Shown here: positions 35,408 through 44,150 of the stretch, one piece after another
How the letters are laid out: each line of letters starts with the position of its first letter
How positions within the stretch are numbered: position 1 is the stretch's first letter
Source of the DNA: Phycisphaerae bacterium
Lineage (GTDB): Bacteria; Planctomycetota; Phycisphaerae; Sedimentisphaerales; UBA12454
Length of the DNA: 64,000 bases
Assembly (NCBI GenBank): GCA_041661665.1
Contig: JBAZTW010000002.1
Span: 62,764 to 126,763, forward strand
Direction: 5' to 3'
Program-made: the position numbers and the translations under genes
Notes under the pieces: model-generated
What the model saw: the letters and a program-made list of their open reading frames with translations, nothing else
Told to the model about the DNA's origin: nothing
Database searches by the model: none

Positions 35408-36898
35408 ATGTTGGATGTTAATAAGGTCGGTATTCGTACATTTACCGCTCGGCTTGGAAACAAGCTGTCGGAGATAGTTTCATCGCAGCGCAAACAGTTG
35501 CGCGAGCAGTTGGAGTCTCCGCTGTTCGATGACCTGAGCGCAAAATGTCTGATAGTTTTCGCAATCGGCATAATTGTTTACAGCGGGCTGATGAGCGGAG
35601 ACAATTTTAAATCTACTATAGAGACAATGCGGTCGCACAAACTTGGTCTGTTTTATGTATATACGCTGAAGTTCCTTTTGTTTTTGAATTTGGGCGTGTT
35701 TATCTGGAGAATTGTGCTGGTAGCCAGATATAAGGCTGTTCCAGGCTGTTCTGATAAGGAACTGCCTAAATGCACAGTGATTGTTCCCGCTTATAACGAA
35801 GGCAGGCAGGTGTTAGAGACTCTTGAAACAGTTGTTGCAAGCGATTATCCGGCTGATAAACTTCAGATAATTGCCATTGACGACGGCAGTAAAGATGACA
35901 CATTCAAATGGATAGAAGCCGCGTGCAGTTCGATGCCGGGCAGAATTGAGAGTTTTAAACAGCCTGTGAACAAAGGCAAGAGAGAGGCTATTTATGAAGG
36001 CGTTATGCGAAGCAGCGGCAGGATAATTGTTACAATCGACAGCGATTCAACAATTGAACCCGATACAATCAGGAATCTTGTCAGTCCGTTTGTAAAAGAC
36101 AAGACCGTTGGCGCAGTTGCCGGCAACGTGAGGGTTTTAAATGCCTCCGAAGGCATTATACCAAAGATGCTCGATGTTATTTTTGCCTATAGTTTTGACT
36201 TTTTGCGTGCAAGTCAGAGTATGGTGGACACTGTTTTCTGCACTCCCGGCGCTCTTTCAGCGTATCGCAAAGATGTCGTGATAAAAAATCTCAAAGAATG
36301 GGTCAATCAGACCTTTATGGGGACAAAGGCGGGTATCGGCGAAGACAGAGCCTTAACCAATATGATTCTCGATTGCGGCTGGGCTGTCAGATTTCAATCC
36401 AATTCCATTGTATATACCAATGTGCCTACCGACTATCTTCAGCTCTGCAAAATGCTTTTGCGATGGGCCAGAAGCAATGTTCGCGAAACGCTGGCAATGG
36501 GAAAATTTATCTTCAAAAAATTCCGTACCGGTTCTACTATCGGGGCGAGAATCAATTTTATAATGTCGTGCATAAGCCTGATTTTTCCAAAAGCTCTGGT
36601 CGGAATGTTTATAGCCATAATGTTTTTTGATTCGCAGACATATCTGTCGCAGCTTATGTTCGGAACGGTCATAGCTTCTACAGCGCCTGCGGTTTTTTAT
36701 GCCATTCGGTTAAAAGACTCGGACTTGCTCTGGGCTCATGCTTATGGCCTGTTCTGGATGGCCAGCCTGTGGTGGATTACGCCCTGGTCTATCCTTACAG
36801 CCAAAAACGGCAATTGGCTCACGCGAGAACTGCCGCAGCAAAGACCTGTAACCAGCAGCAAGACAAGCCTGCAATTGGGCGTTGGCGCCGCTGCCTGA
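35408..36898 (+). CDS. Processive family-2 glycosyltransferase, NodC/HasA/chitin-synthase-like, membrane-embedded
   Basis: VIVPAYNEG, IAIDDGSKD, TIDSDS, GEDRALT, LLRWARS (Q.xRW-type) and flanking TM helices. ATG at 35408 preferred; the track ORF (35270) runs through the promoter. Confidence 0.8.
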   Translation: MLDVNKVGIRTFTARLGNKLSEIVSSQRKQLREQLESPLFDDLSAKCLIVFAIGIIVYSGLMSGDNFKSTIETMRSHKLGLFYVYTLKFLLFLNLGVFIWRIVLVARYKAVPGCSDKELPKCTVIVPAYNEGRQVLETLETVVASDYPADKLQIIAIDDGSKDDTFKWIEAACSSMPGRIESFKQPVNKGKREAIYEGVMRSSGRIIVTIDSDSTIEPDTIRNLVSPFVKDKTVGAVAGNVRVLNASEGIIPKMLDVIFAYSFDFLRASQSMVDTVFCTPGALSAYRKDVVIKNLKEWVNQTFMGTKAGIGEDRALTNMILDCGWAVRFQSNSIVYTNVPTDYLQLCKMLLRWARSNVRETLAMGKFIFKKFRTGSTIGARINFIMSCISLIFPKALVGMFIAIMFFDSQTYLSQLMFGTVIASTAPAVFYAIRLKDSDLLWAHAYGLFWMASLWWITPWSILTAKNGNWLTRELPQQRPVTSSKTSLQLGVGAAA

Positions 36899-37012
36899 TA
36901 AAATATGCGGTAATTGCAGGGGTATATACTTTTACACCTTTAGAAAACATTTCACTTGGCGAGTCTGCCCATAGCTGCGGAGGATTTGCTGATAGCTAAG
37001 TAAGTTTGCTGT

Positions 37013-37570
37013 TTAATGCATATCGAACAGGCTTTGTGTTTTGATAATCGTAACCTGGTCGGGATACGCGTGGAAAGCGTGGATGTGCAGTTCATCTTTT
37101 CTCGCTTCGAAGTCTATATAGCTGAAAGGCTCAAGACCGCCGATAGCGAGTTTTGGGAACTTAACAAATATGCCTCGATTGCGGGCGAATCTCTCAAGGT
37201 CGCTGTGGCTTTGACGATAGAGATTAGGACTCATCTTTTCAACCTGAAAATCAGTCATATAGCTAAGGCCTTTGGCCAATGTGCACTTATGGCTTCTTTG
37301 GCCGGAGAATCTGAATCTTTCAATCAGGCCTCGGCGGGGCAGCAGTTGGGTTGGTGTGCTGATTAACTCTGAAAGGCAAAGTTCGTTTGCGAATACACTG
37401 ACAACGTGCGAACCGCCGGTTACCCAAATCAAAGCCTCATATTTGTCTGTCTTTATCGTTCGCTTTTCGTGAATAGTGAAAAGCTCCGGATGAAGAGGCC
37501 TTTGGTAAAGGGTGAAGGTCAATTCGCTTACAATAACATTTGTGTTTGGTAGTTCCATTGCAAAACCCAT
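37013..37570 (-). CDS. Conserved hypothetical protein (possibly DUF2617-like)
   Basis: 185-aa ORF with LYQRPLHPELF near the N-terminus. The family assignment is from memory only. Confidence 0.4.
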   Translation of the reverse strand: MGFAMELPNTNVIVSELTFTLYQRPLHPELFTIHEKRTIKTDKYEALIWVTGGSHVVSVFANELCLSELISTPTQLLPRRGLIERFRFSGQRSHKCTLAKGLSYMTDFQVEKMSPNLYRQSHSDLERFARNRGIFVKFPKLAIGGLEPFSYIDFEARKDELHIHAFHAYPDQVTIIKTQSLFDMH

Positions 37571-37778
37571 ATAAGACTCAAGTTAGCTGCTGCTTCTTAT
37601 GGGTGTATTATATCAAAAAACACGATTCAATACAAGTGCGTTTTCAGTACTGATAATGCGGTTTTGGGCTATTATAGGACGATTATAACACAAGTGTTTA
37701 AAGCTGCTGGAATAAGGATTTACAAAAAAAGTGATAATTTTTTAATAATCGGTTTGCTTTTGCGATTTTTTTTGCCTT

Positions 37779-38699
37779 TCAGCAATGCTCAAACAGCCAG
37801 GCGTTGAGTAAAGTGGCGATTATATCGTAAAAAGCATGTGTTCCTGCGGCGATTCCAAAGCCCCGAACCGCGAAGATAATCGCGAAAAATACCCCCGCGA
37901 TTGTCCGAAAAGCGAAGGGCATTATTCTGAAAATTTCAGCGTTTGCGAACTGGCCGTTCAGGAATACAAAGTGGTGATGAAGGCTGAAAAGGACAGATGA
38001 GATAATTACCGATGCGATAATTGAGTTTAACTTTGGCATACCAAGAACCAACTCGAAAAACGTCATTGAAAGACTTATCAACACTAATCTGAAAATAAGT
38101 TCTTCATAAATGCCCGCTCCGATGCCCGTGAGTATATCCATTTTTACGCTTCGGCGGTGGAGACCTGCGGTGGTTTGGTTGCTGCTGTTGCTTGGCTGGT
38201 CGGTTTGCAGAGGAGCGATGGAACTGCACGCTGTTATTTCATTGAAAACGCCCGCGGCAGATTGAGGTCTTGGCGCCCTGTTAAGAACCAGCGCAAGTAC
38301 GATTAGGGGTATAGCCAGAACAATACATTCGCCGGCCATTACCGCAAAATCGGTTAGCTTGACCTTCCAGCTCTGTCTGCACGTCATCTGGAGCGTTATA
38401 AGCGTTAAAATCACAACCGCCGGTGCGAAAAACCAGGCGTTTTTTGTGGTCATTCCGAGGGATTGGAGAAAATTCTGCACCCATACAAACGAAACAACCG
38501 CTCCGCGAACATTGCTTGCCGGGGCGCTGAGCAGTTGCGGATTGACCATTAGAACCAGAACTTCATAAAGGATTATAAAAGGCAGAATGAACCAAAGGCC
38601 ATAGATAGGCCTTGCAGTCCGTGCATAGTAGCTGTTTTGCTCGGCAGCCTTGCTCTTCCTTGAGGGCTTGTCAGTTCCATCTGATTTTCGCTTTGCCAT
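37779..38699 (-). CDS. CPBP-family intramembrane glutamic endopeptidase (CAAX protease/Abi fold)
   Basis: 306 aa, polytopic. Motifs YEELIFR, FSLHHH and HAFYD. Confidence 0.8.
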   Translation of the reverse strand: MAKRKSDGTDKPSRKSKAAEQNSYYARTARPIYGLWFILPFIILYEVLVLMVNPQLLSAPASNVRGAVVSFVWVQNFLQSLGMTTKNAWFFAPAVVILTLITLQMTCRQSWKVKLTDFAVMAGECIVLAIPLIVLALVLNRAPRPQSAAGVFNEITACSSIAPLQTDQPSNSSNQTTAGLHRRSVKMDILTGIGAGIYEELIFRLVLISLSMTFFELVLGMPKLNSIIASVIISSVLFSLHHHFVFLNGQFANAEIFRIMPFAFRTIAGVFFAIIFAVRGFGIAAGTHAFYDIIATLLNAWLFEHC

Positions 38700-38807
38700 T
38701 GCTGTGGGAGTTTAACCGAAAGAATTAAAAAACGCAAAAGAAAACGTTTTTTTAGACACGAATTAACACGGATTTTTTTATAACCAGCGTGGGCTAATAG
38801 CCCCGCT

Positions 38808-39272
38808 CTACGAAACTGTTTTTGATTTTGGTTTTCTGAGGGAGAAATTTTTATTAGGGTAGTTGATAGTCAAAACATAATCCTTTAAAAAATCTTTCTC
38901 GCCCAAAATAACCATATGCAAATTAGGAACAACCGCAAATTCTTTTTTGGGAACCCTTATTGCGAACCTGTTTGGGTCCACTTTTCCGTTTGAATCCGAG
39001 TACAAAACATCTAAAGAAAAGGTATGCATATAGACTTTGACTTCGCCGCCAATCCCCGAACTCATATCTTTTTTGGCCTTATGACTTCTTACATCGTGAT
39101 ACAGAGCCTTGGCAATGTACTCAGGAATGCAGGTCATATCGGCTCCTGTATCAATAAGTCCCCATGTTTCATAGCTGAAGTCATTTGCGGGATTATGCAA
39201 CACCACTGGGACTAACGGCTTATTAAAAGGGCACTCCGCAGAAACTCTGAATGGATAAGAGTCTATTGGCAT
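38808..39272 (-). CDS. Retropepsin-like clan AA aspartic protease
   Basis: 154 aa with the catalytic GLIDTGADMTCIP (DTGA) motif. Size and layout are those of small bacterial/archaeal retropepsin-like proteins. Confidence 0.7.
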   Translation of the reverse strand: MPIDSYPFRVSAECPFNKPLVPVVLHNPANDFSYETWGLIDTGADMTCIPEYIAKALYHDVRSHKAKKDMSSGIGGEVKVYMHTFSLDVLYSDSNGKVDPNRFAIRVPKKEFAVVPNLHMVILGEKDFLKDYVLTINYPNKNFSLRKPKSKTVS

Positions 39273-39281
39273 TGGCAGGCT

Positions 39282-39476
39282 TTAGTAAATGTGTATAGCG
39301 TTTTTTCTGGGTATAAAAAATACGACAGGCGATTTACAGCCTTTATCAATTGCTTTTTGTCTTACGCCGCCGGGGTCTTTGCCTGAAGCGACAACATCTT
39401 TATGATTAAACGAGCGCGTAGCAACAAACTTGCCGGCATATTTCCCGCCGTTATTTATAATTGATTTAGCTGCCAT
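39282..39476 (-). CDS. Small DUF5678-like protein, upstream partner of the aspartic protease
   Basis: 64 aa. GKYAGKFVA.....VVASGKD......KAIDKGCKSPVVFFIP pattern. 9-nt gap to the protease gene. Confidence 0.5.
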   Translation of the reverse strand: MAAKSIINNGGKYAGKFVATRSFNHKDVVASGKDPGGVRQKAIDKGCKSPVVFFIPRKNAIHIY

Positions 39477-39592
39477 AACATCTCCGTTTTCTATTTGCTT
39501 TAAAGAATCTATTTAATTATACACAAAAACCAGCGAAAAAGACAAATGATTATTTTAAACACGACTTTTGGCCGCCAGAACCCCGAATTCTA

Positions 39593-39620
39593 TTGCCTCT
39601 AAGTCCAAAATTCGTATAAT
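39593..39620 (+). promoter_or_regulatory. Candidate promoter giving a leaderless EndoIII-like mRNA
   Basis: TTGCCT (39593-39598), 16-nt spacer, TATAAT (39615-39620). ATG at 39628 lies 7 nt after the -10 element. Confidence 0.3.
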
Positions 39621-39627
39621 TTCTGCA

Positions 39628-40287
39628 ATGAATATAACCGGACAAAAATTAAAAGAGATATACGCTCTGCTGTTTGAGCGGTTTGGCTGTCAGCACTGGT
39701 GGCCGGGCGAAACGAAAGACGAAATCATCGCAGGAGCAATCCTCACCCAGAATACCAATTGGCAAAACGTCGAAAAGGCGCTGAACAATCTCAAAAACGC
39801 GGGCCTTATGACTATAGAAAAGCTCCACGGCCTCGACCACGACACTTTGGCAGGGCTGATTAGGCCGGCAGGCTATTACAACATCAAGGCGAAGCGACTG
39901 AAAAATTTTCTCAACTGGTTTTTTGAGCAGCGGGGCGGCTCAACAGAGGGTCTGGAAAAATTAAGCACGGCGGTATTTAGAGAAGAACTGCTTAGTATCA
40001 ACGGCATAGGCAGAGAAACGGCTGATTCGATTCTGCTGTACGCATTCGAGCGGCCTGTGTTTGTGGTTGATGCTTATACATACAGAATCGCTGTCCGCCA
40101 TCAGCTTATCGAGCCGGAATGCGATTATGAGCAGCTTAAGAGTTTATTTGAGGATAATCTCGAAACGGATGTTAAACTTTTTAATGAATTCCACGCTTTA
40201 ATTGTTCGGGCTGGAAAAGAATTTTGCAGACCACAGGCAAAATGCGAAAAATGCCCGCTGGAAAATCTGCCGCATAGAATTGAATAG
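39628..40287 (+). CDS. Endonuclease III-related HhH-GPD protein with 4Fe-4S loop
   Basis: WWPGETKDEIIAGAILTQNTNW, HhH INGIGRETADSILLY, C-terminal C..QAKCEKCPL. ATG at 39628 preferred over the track start at 39568. Confidence 0.75.
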   Translation: MNITGQKLKEIYALLFERFGCQHWWPGETKDEIIAGAILTQNTNWQNVEKALNNLKNAGLMTIEKLHGLDHDTLAGLIRPAGYYNIKAKRLKNFLNWFFEQRGGSTEGLEKLSTAVFREELLSINGIGRETADSILLYAFERPVFVVDAYTYRIAVRHQLIEPECDYEQLKSLFEDNLETDVKLFNEFHALIVRAGKEFCRPQAKCEKCPLENLPHRIE

Positions 40288-40322
40288 CCACAAAGGCACG
40301 AAGACACGAAGAAAAAAAATAT

Positions 40323-42770
40323 ATGAGAAAAAAAATACAATTATGCGGACAGGTGCAGGGCATCGGGTTTCGGCCATACGTTTATAAACTGGCGAAGGAG
40401 CTTGGCCTGACAGGCATAGTCTATAATCACAGCGAGGGGGCGGCAATTGAAGTCCAGGGCGAAAAGAAAAACATCGATGAATTTATCTCAAGATTAAAAC
40501 TGGCGGAAAAAAGCGATTTGCCGCTGCTGAAAATTATCTCGATGGAAATTTCAGATATTGCCTTAAAAAGCGAAAACACTTTCGAGATTAAGCAAAGTCA
40601 AACCGCAGGGGCGGCAAGGGCGGAAATTACGCCTGATATGGCTATCTGCAAAGATTGTCTGCGCGAGCTTTTTGACAAGAATGATTTTCGCTATCGCTAT
40701 CCATTTATCAACTGCACAAACTGCGGCCCTCGCTATTCGATAATCAAAACCATACCATACGACAGACCGAACACAACAATGTCCGCATTCAAACTGTGCG
40801 ACAAATGCAATGGGCAATATGGCAATCCCGCGGACAGACGATTCCACGCCCAGCCTGTCGCCTGCGCGGTTTGCGGGCCTAAGATAAAGCTATGCGATAA
40901 TAAAGGCAGCACAATTGAAGCTGACTCCGATTCGGCGATTAGAAAAACGGCGGAATTATTGGCTGCCGGCAAAATAGCGGCAATCAAAGGGCTTGGCGGA
41001 TACCATTTAGCCTGCGACGCTGAAAATGATGATGCGGTCAAATTGCTAAGAACCCGCAAAATGCGAGATTATAAACCGTTTGCGATTATGGCAGGGAGCG
41101 TCGATATAATTCGTAAGTTCGCCTGTGTGGATGAGATTTCAGAGAAAGTTCTTAAGAGCATTCAGTCGCCGATTGTGCTATTGCCTAAAAAAACGCCGAA
41201 CACAATCGCGGCATCCGTCGCGGCGGGCGTGAACACGTTCGGTTTTATGCTGCCTTATACGCCTTTGCATTATTTGCTTTTTGCCGAGAAAAAATTTGAT
41301 TGCCTGATTATGACCAGCGGCAATGTTTCCGATGAACCGCTGATTTGCAAAGACCAGCAGGCTTTTGAAAAATTAGCTGATATTGCTGATGTTTTTTTGA
41401 TTCACGACAGGGAAATTTACAGGCAGGTTGACGATTCGGTTGTGCATATTGTCAAAAACGAACCTGTGCCCCTTCGCCGGTCGAGGGGTTTTGTTCCGCA
41501 GACATTTGTTTTGAAAGGGATAGATTCCCGCCTGCGCGGGAATGACAAAGAGATTGCCGCGTCGTCCCGAAGCGGAACTCCTCGCAATGACATATTTGCC
41601 GCGGGGGCGGATTTGAAAAATACTTTCTGCCTTGCGAAGCAAAATCGTTTTGCCGTCAGCGAGCATATAGGCGATTTAGCTGATTCCAATGTTTATAAAC
41701 ACTGGATAGACTCCATTGGGCATTTAAAAAAACTGCTTGATATTGAGCCGGAAGTCTTCGCCTGCGACCTGCACCCAAACTATTTTACAAGCCAATACAC
41801 AAGAAAAATCTCAAAGGGCAAAAAACTCATCGAAATTCAGCATCATTGGGCGCATATCGCATCGGTGATTGCCGAGCATAATATAGCCGACAGTGTAATC
41901 GGCCTTGTCGCTGATGGCACAGGCTTCGGCACGGATGGGGCTGTCTGGGGATGCGAATGTCTTATCGCTTCATTAACGGAGTTTAAGCGTTTTGGGCATT
42001 TGGCGTATTATCCTCTTGGCGGCGGCGATTCGGCCGCAAAGCAGGCAATCAGGCCTCTGTTGGGACTGGCGGCAAAATACAATTTAACTATTCCACAGGA
42101 TATTCTGGAATCCATTGAATCGGACGGCGAAAAAATAAATATTATAAAAACGCAGTTGGAAAAAAATATCAATACCGTCCAGACATCGAGCTTGGGCAGA
42201 TTGTTTGACGCTGTCGCGGCAGTTTGCGGACTTGGCGGCAAAAATAATTTTGAAGCTGAATTGCCGATGGCACTTGAAGCCGCCGCGGACAAAAACATCA
42301 AAGATTATTATACGTTTGAACTGATAAATGGCGAAATTCAAATAGGGAAAATGCTCGAAGAAATTTTAACAGATACAAAAAAGTTGTCATTTCGACCGGA
42401 ATTCGTCCCGAAAATCGGGACGAATGAAGCGGAGAAATCTGTTTTAAATAGATTTCTCGATTCCGGCGACAAAGTCGCCTCCACTCGAAATGACAGGGCT
42501 GAAGCATATTCTAATGTGGGCACAATTTCCGCGAAATTCCATAACACCATCGCGCAATTTTTTCTCACTCTGGCCAAATCCGCAAAAGAACAGACCGGTA
42601 TAAACATCGTTGCGGTGAGCGGGGGGGTATTTTGCAACAGATTTTTGCTTGCTCGGCTGATTGAGCTTTTGGAGGCAAACGGGTTTGAGGTTTTTTATAA
42701 TCGGCTTGTGCCGGCAAACGATGGCGGAATCTCGTTAGGCCAGGCAGCGATAGCGGCAAACAGAGAATAA
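40323..42770 (+). CDS. hypF: [NiFe]-hydrogenase maturation carbamoyltransferase HypF
   Basis: 815 aa. Acylphosphatase domain (GQVQGIGFRPYVY), two Zn-finger pairs (CKDC...CTNCGPR, CDKC...CAVCGP), YrdC-like and Kae1-like domains. Contains two in-frame palindromic-element segments. Confidence 0.9.
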   Translation: MRKKIQLCGQVQGIGFRPYVYKLAKELGLTGIVYNHSEGAAIEVQGEKKNIDEFISRLKLAEKSDLPLLKIISMEISDIALKSENTFEIKQSQTAGAARAEITPDMAICKDCLRELFDKNDFRYRYPFINCTNCGPRYSIIKTIPYDRPNTTMSAFKLCDKCNGQYGNPADRRFHAQPVACAVCGPKIKLCDNKGSTIEADSDSAIRKTAELLAAGKIAAIKGLGGYHLACDAENDDAVKLLRTRKMRDYKPFAIMAGSVDIIRKFACVDEISEKVLKSIQSPIVLLPKKTPNTIAASVAAGVNTFGFMLPYTPLHYLLFAEKKFDCLIMTSGNVSDEPLICKDQQAFEKLADIADVFLIHDREIYRQVDDSVVHIVKNEPVPLRRSRGFVPQTFVLKGIDSRLRGNDKEIAASSRSGTPRNDIFAAGADLKNTFCLAKQNRFAVSEHIGDLADSNVYKHWIDSIGHLKKLLDIEPEVFACDLHPNYFTSQYTRKISKGKKLIEIQHHWAHIASVIAEHNIADSVIGLVADGTGFGTDGAVWGCECLIASLTEFKRFGHLAYYPLGGGDSAAKQAIRPLLGLAAKYNLTIPQDILESIESDGEKINIIKTQLEKNINTVQTSSLGRLFDAVAAVCGLGGKNNFEAELPMALEAAADKNIKDYYTFELINGEIQIGKMLEEILTDTKKLSFRPEFVPKIGTNEAEKSVLNRFLDSGDKVASTRNDRAEAYSNVGTISAKFHNTIAQFFLTLAKSAKEQTGINIVAVSGGVFCNRFLLARLIELLEANGFEVFYNRLVPANDGGISLGQAAIAANRE
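41523..41591. repeat. Palindromic REP-like segment 1 inside hypF (in frame)
   Basis: GATTCCCGC-CTGC-GCGGGAATGAC is the near-exact reverse complement of 27399-27423. It is followed by GAGATTGCCGCG...CTCGCAATGAC. Encodes DSRLRGNDKEIAASSRSGTPRND. Confidence 0.75.
42386..42494. repeat. Nested palindromic MITE/REP-like segment 2 inside hypF (in frame)
   Basis: Outer inverted repeats GTCATTTCGA/TCGAAATGAC and CCGGAAT/ATTCCGG. Inner perfect stems ATTCGTCCCGA/TCGGGACGAAT, GAGAAATCT/AGATTTCTC and GGCGAC/GTCGCC. Confidence 0.75.
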
Positions 42771-42887
42771 ACACAGATTGTCGTTTATTCATTCGCAACG
42801 TCTTTTCTTTAAATAAGTTATGCAATTTTTAGCAAAATAGTGTCAATTTTAATTTTATATGCTATAATTTGCCGACGTATATAAAAT

Positions 42888-44150
42888 ATGGAAAAACCAC
42901 CGTTCACAAAACAAAATTTTGCGAAAATAGAAACCGCTTTCCACAGCAATTTTAATATGAGGCTGGAGACGACTGATGCGGCAGGCAGGGAGATTCTCTC
43001 ACTTTGCAATAAAGACTGTCATCCGGCGTTCTGTAAAATAATCCGCAGCAGCCCGGCAGGCCTTAAACGATGCAGACAGGACAGGCTGCGAAGTGTAAAA
43101 ATGGCTTTTGAAACCGGCCAGCCATACATAAGTGTATGCCATGCCGGCATCGTTCTGGCATGCGTACCGGCGATGGATAAAGACGAGCCGCTTGGCGGCG
43201 TGTTCTTCGGCAAGTGCCTCTGGGATAAGCCGGACGATATTACTATTGACGAAATAAATAAACGCGTCAAAGGCATCAGAATCAACAGGGATAAGTTAGT
43301 TAGTGCGATTGAAAAACTCCCAGTTGTGTCGGGCAGGAAAGTTCACGAAGCGGCGGAATTTTTATTTGTCGCTCTTTACGAAATCACCGGCCTTGACCCG
43401 CATATAATTCAGTGGCGAAGACAGCGAAGTCAGCAGCAGTCCGAAATCGGCGAACTTATAAGGAAAGAAAAAGAAAAAAGCAGGGCAGGCCAGTATCCGC
43501 TTGAAGCTGAAAAAAAATTGATGGACAAGGTCAAAATCGGCGACCGGCTCGGAGCAAGAGAAATTCTCAATATGATTCTGGCATGTATTATGCTAAACGA
43601 CCCCGGCGATTTGGCGGTACTCAAGGCCAGAATGCTTGAATTGCTCAGTATCCTCAGCAGAAGCGCAGTCGAAGGCGGAGTTGATATAAATTTCCTGCTC
43701 GAAAAAAATCTTGACTATATAAATAAAGTGATGCTGATTGACAATCAGCAGGATTTATGCGCGTGGATTGGAAACGCCCTCAACGATTTTATTGAGCAGG
43801 TTTATTCCACACAGGACAGCAGAAGAGTTTCGCAGATTAAACCGGCGATTGATTATATTATGACGCATTACTGCGAGCCGATTACACTTAGCGATGTTGC
43901 CAAAGCGACTCATTTAAGCGTTTCAAGATTAAGCCATGTGTTTAAAGAGCAGACCGGCTTTACGATAGTCGATTATATGACCAACGCGAGAATCGAATAC
44001 GCAAAGGAACTTTTAATATCCACCAATAAAAACTGCACGGAGGTGTGTTTTGAGGCGGGATATAATAATCAGAGTTATTTTACAAGAACATTTAAAGAGG
44101 TCGTCGGCGTTACGCCGAGAAATTTCAGGGATATCAATAGACGGAAGTAA
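42888..44150 (+). CDS. AraC-family transcriptional regulator with N-terminal PocR sensory domain
   Basis: 420 aa. Cys-rich PocR-like region (CHPAFCKII....GLKRCRQD....CHAGI) and a C-terminal double HTH_18 (LSDVAKATHLSVSRLSHVFKE...YFTRTFKEVVGVTPRNFR). Confidence 0.8.
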   Translation: MEKPPFTKQNFAKIETAFHSNFNMRLETTDAAGREILSLCNKDCHPAFCKIIRSSPAGLKRCRQDRLRSVKMAFETGQPYISVCHAGIVLACVPAMDKDEPLGGVFFGKCLWDKPDDITIDEINKRVKGIRINRDKLVSAIEKLPVVSGRKVHEAAEFLFVALYEITGLDPHIIQWRRQRSQQQSEIGELIRKEKEKSRAGQYPLEAEKKLMDKVKIGDRLGAREILNMILACIMLNDPGDLAVLKARMLELLSILSRSAVEGGVDINFLLEKNLDYINKVMLIDNQQDLCAWIGNALNDFIEQVYSTQDSRRVSQIKPAIDYIMTHYCEPITLSDVAKATHLSVSRLSHVFKEQTGFTIVDYMTNARIEYAKELLISTNKNCTEVCFEAGYNNQSYFTRTFKEVVGVTPRNFRDINRRK

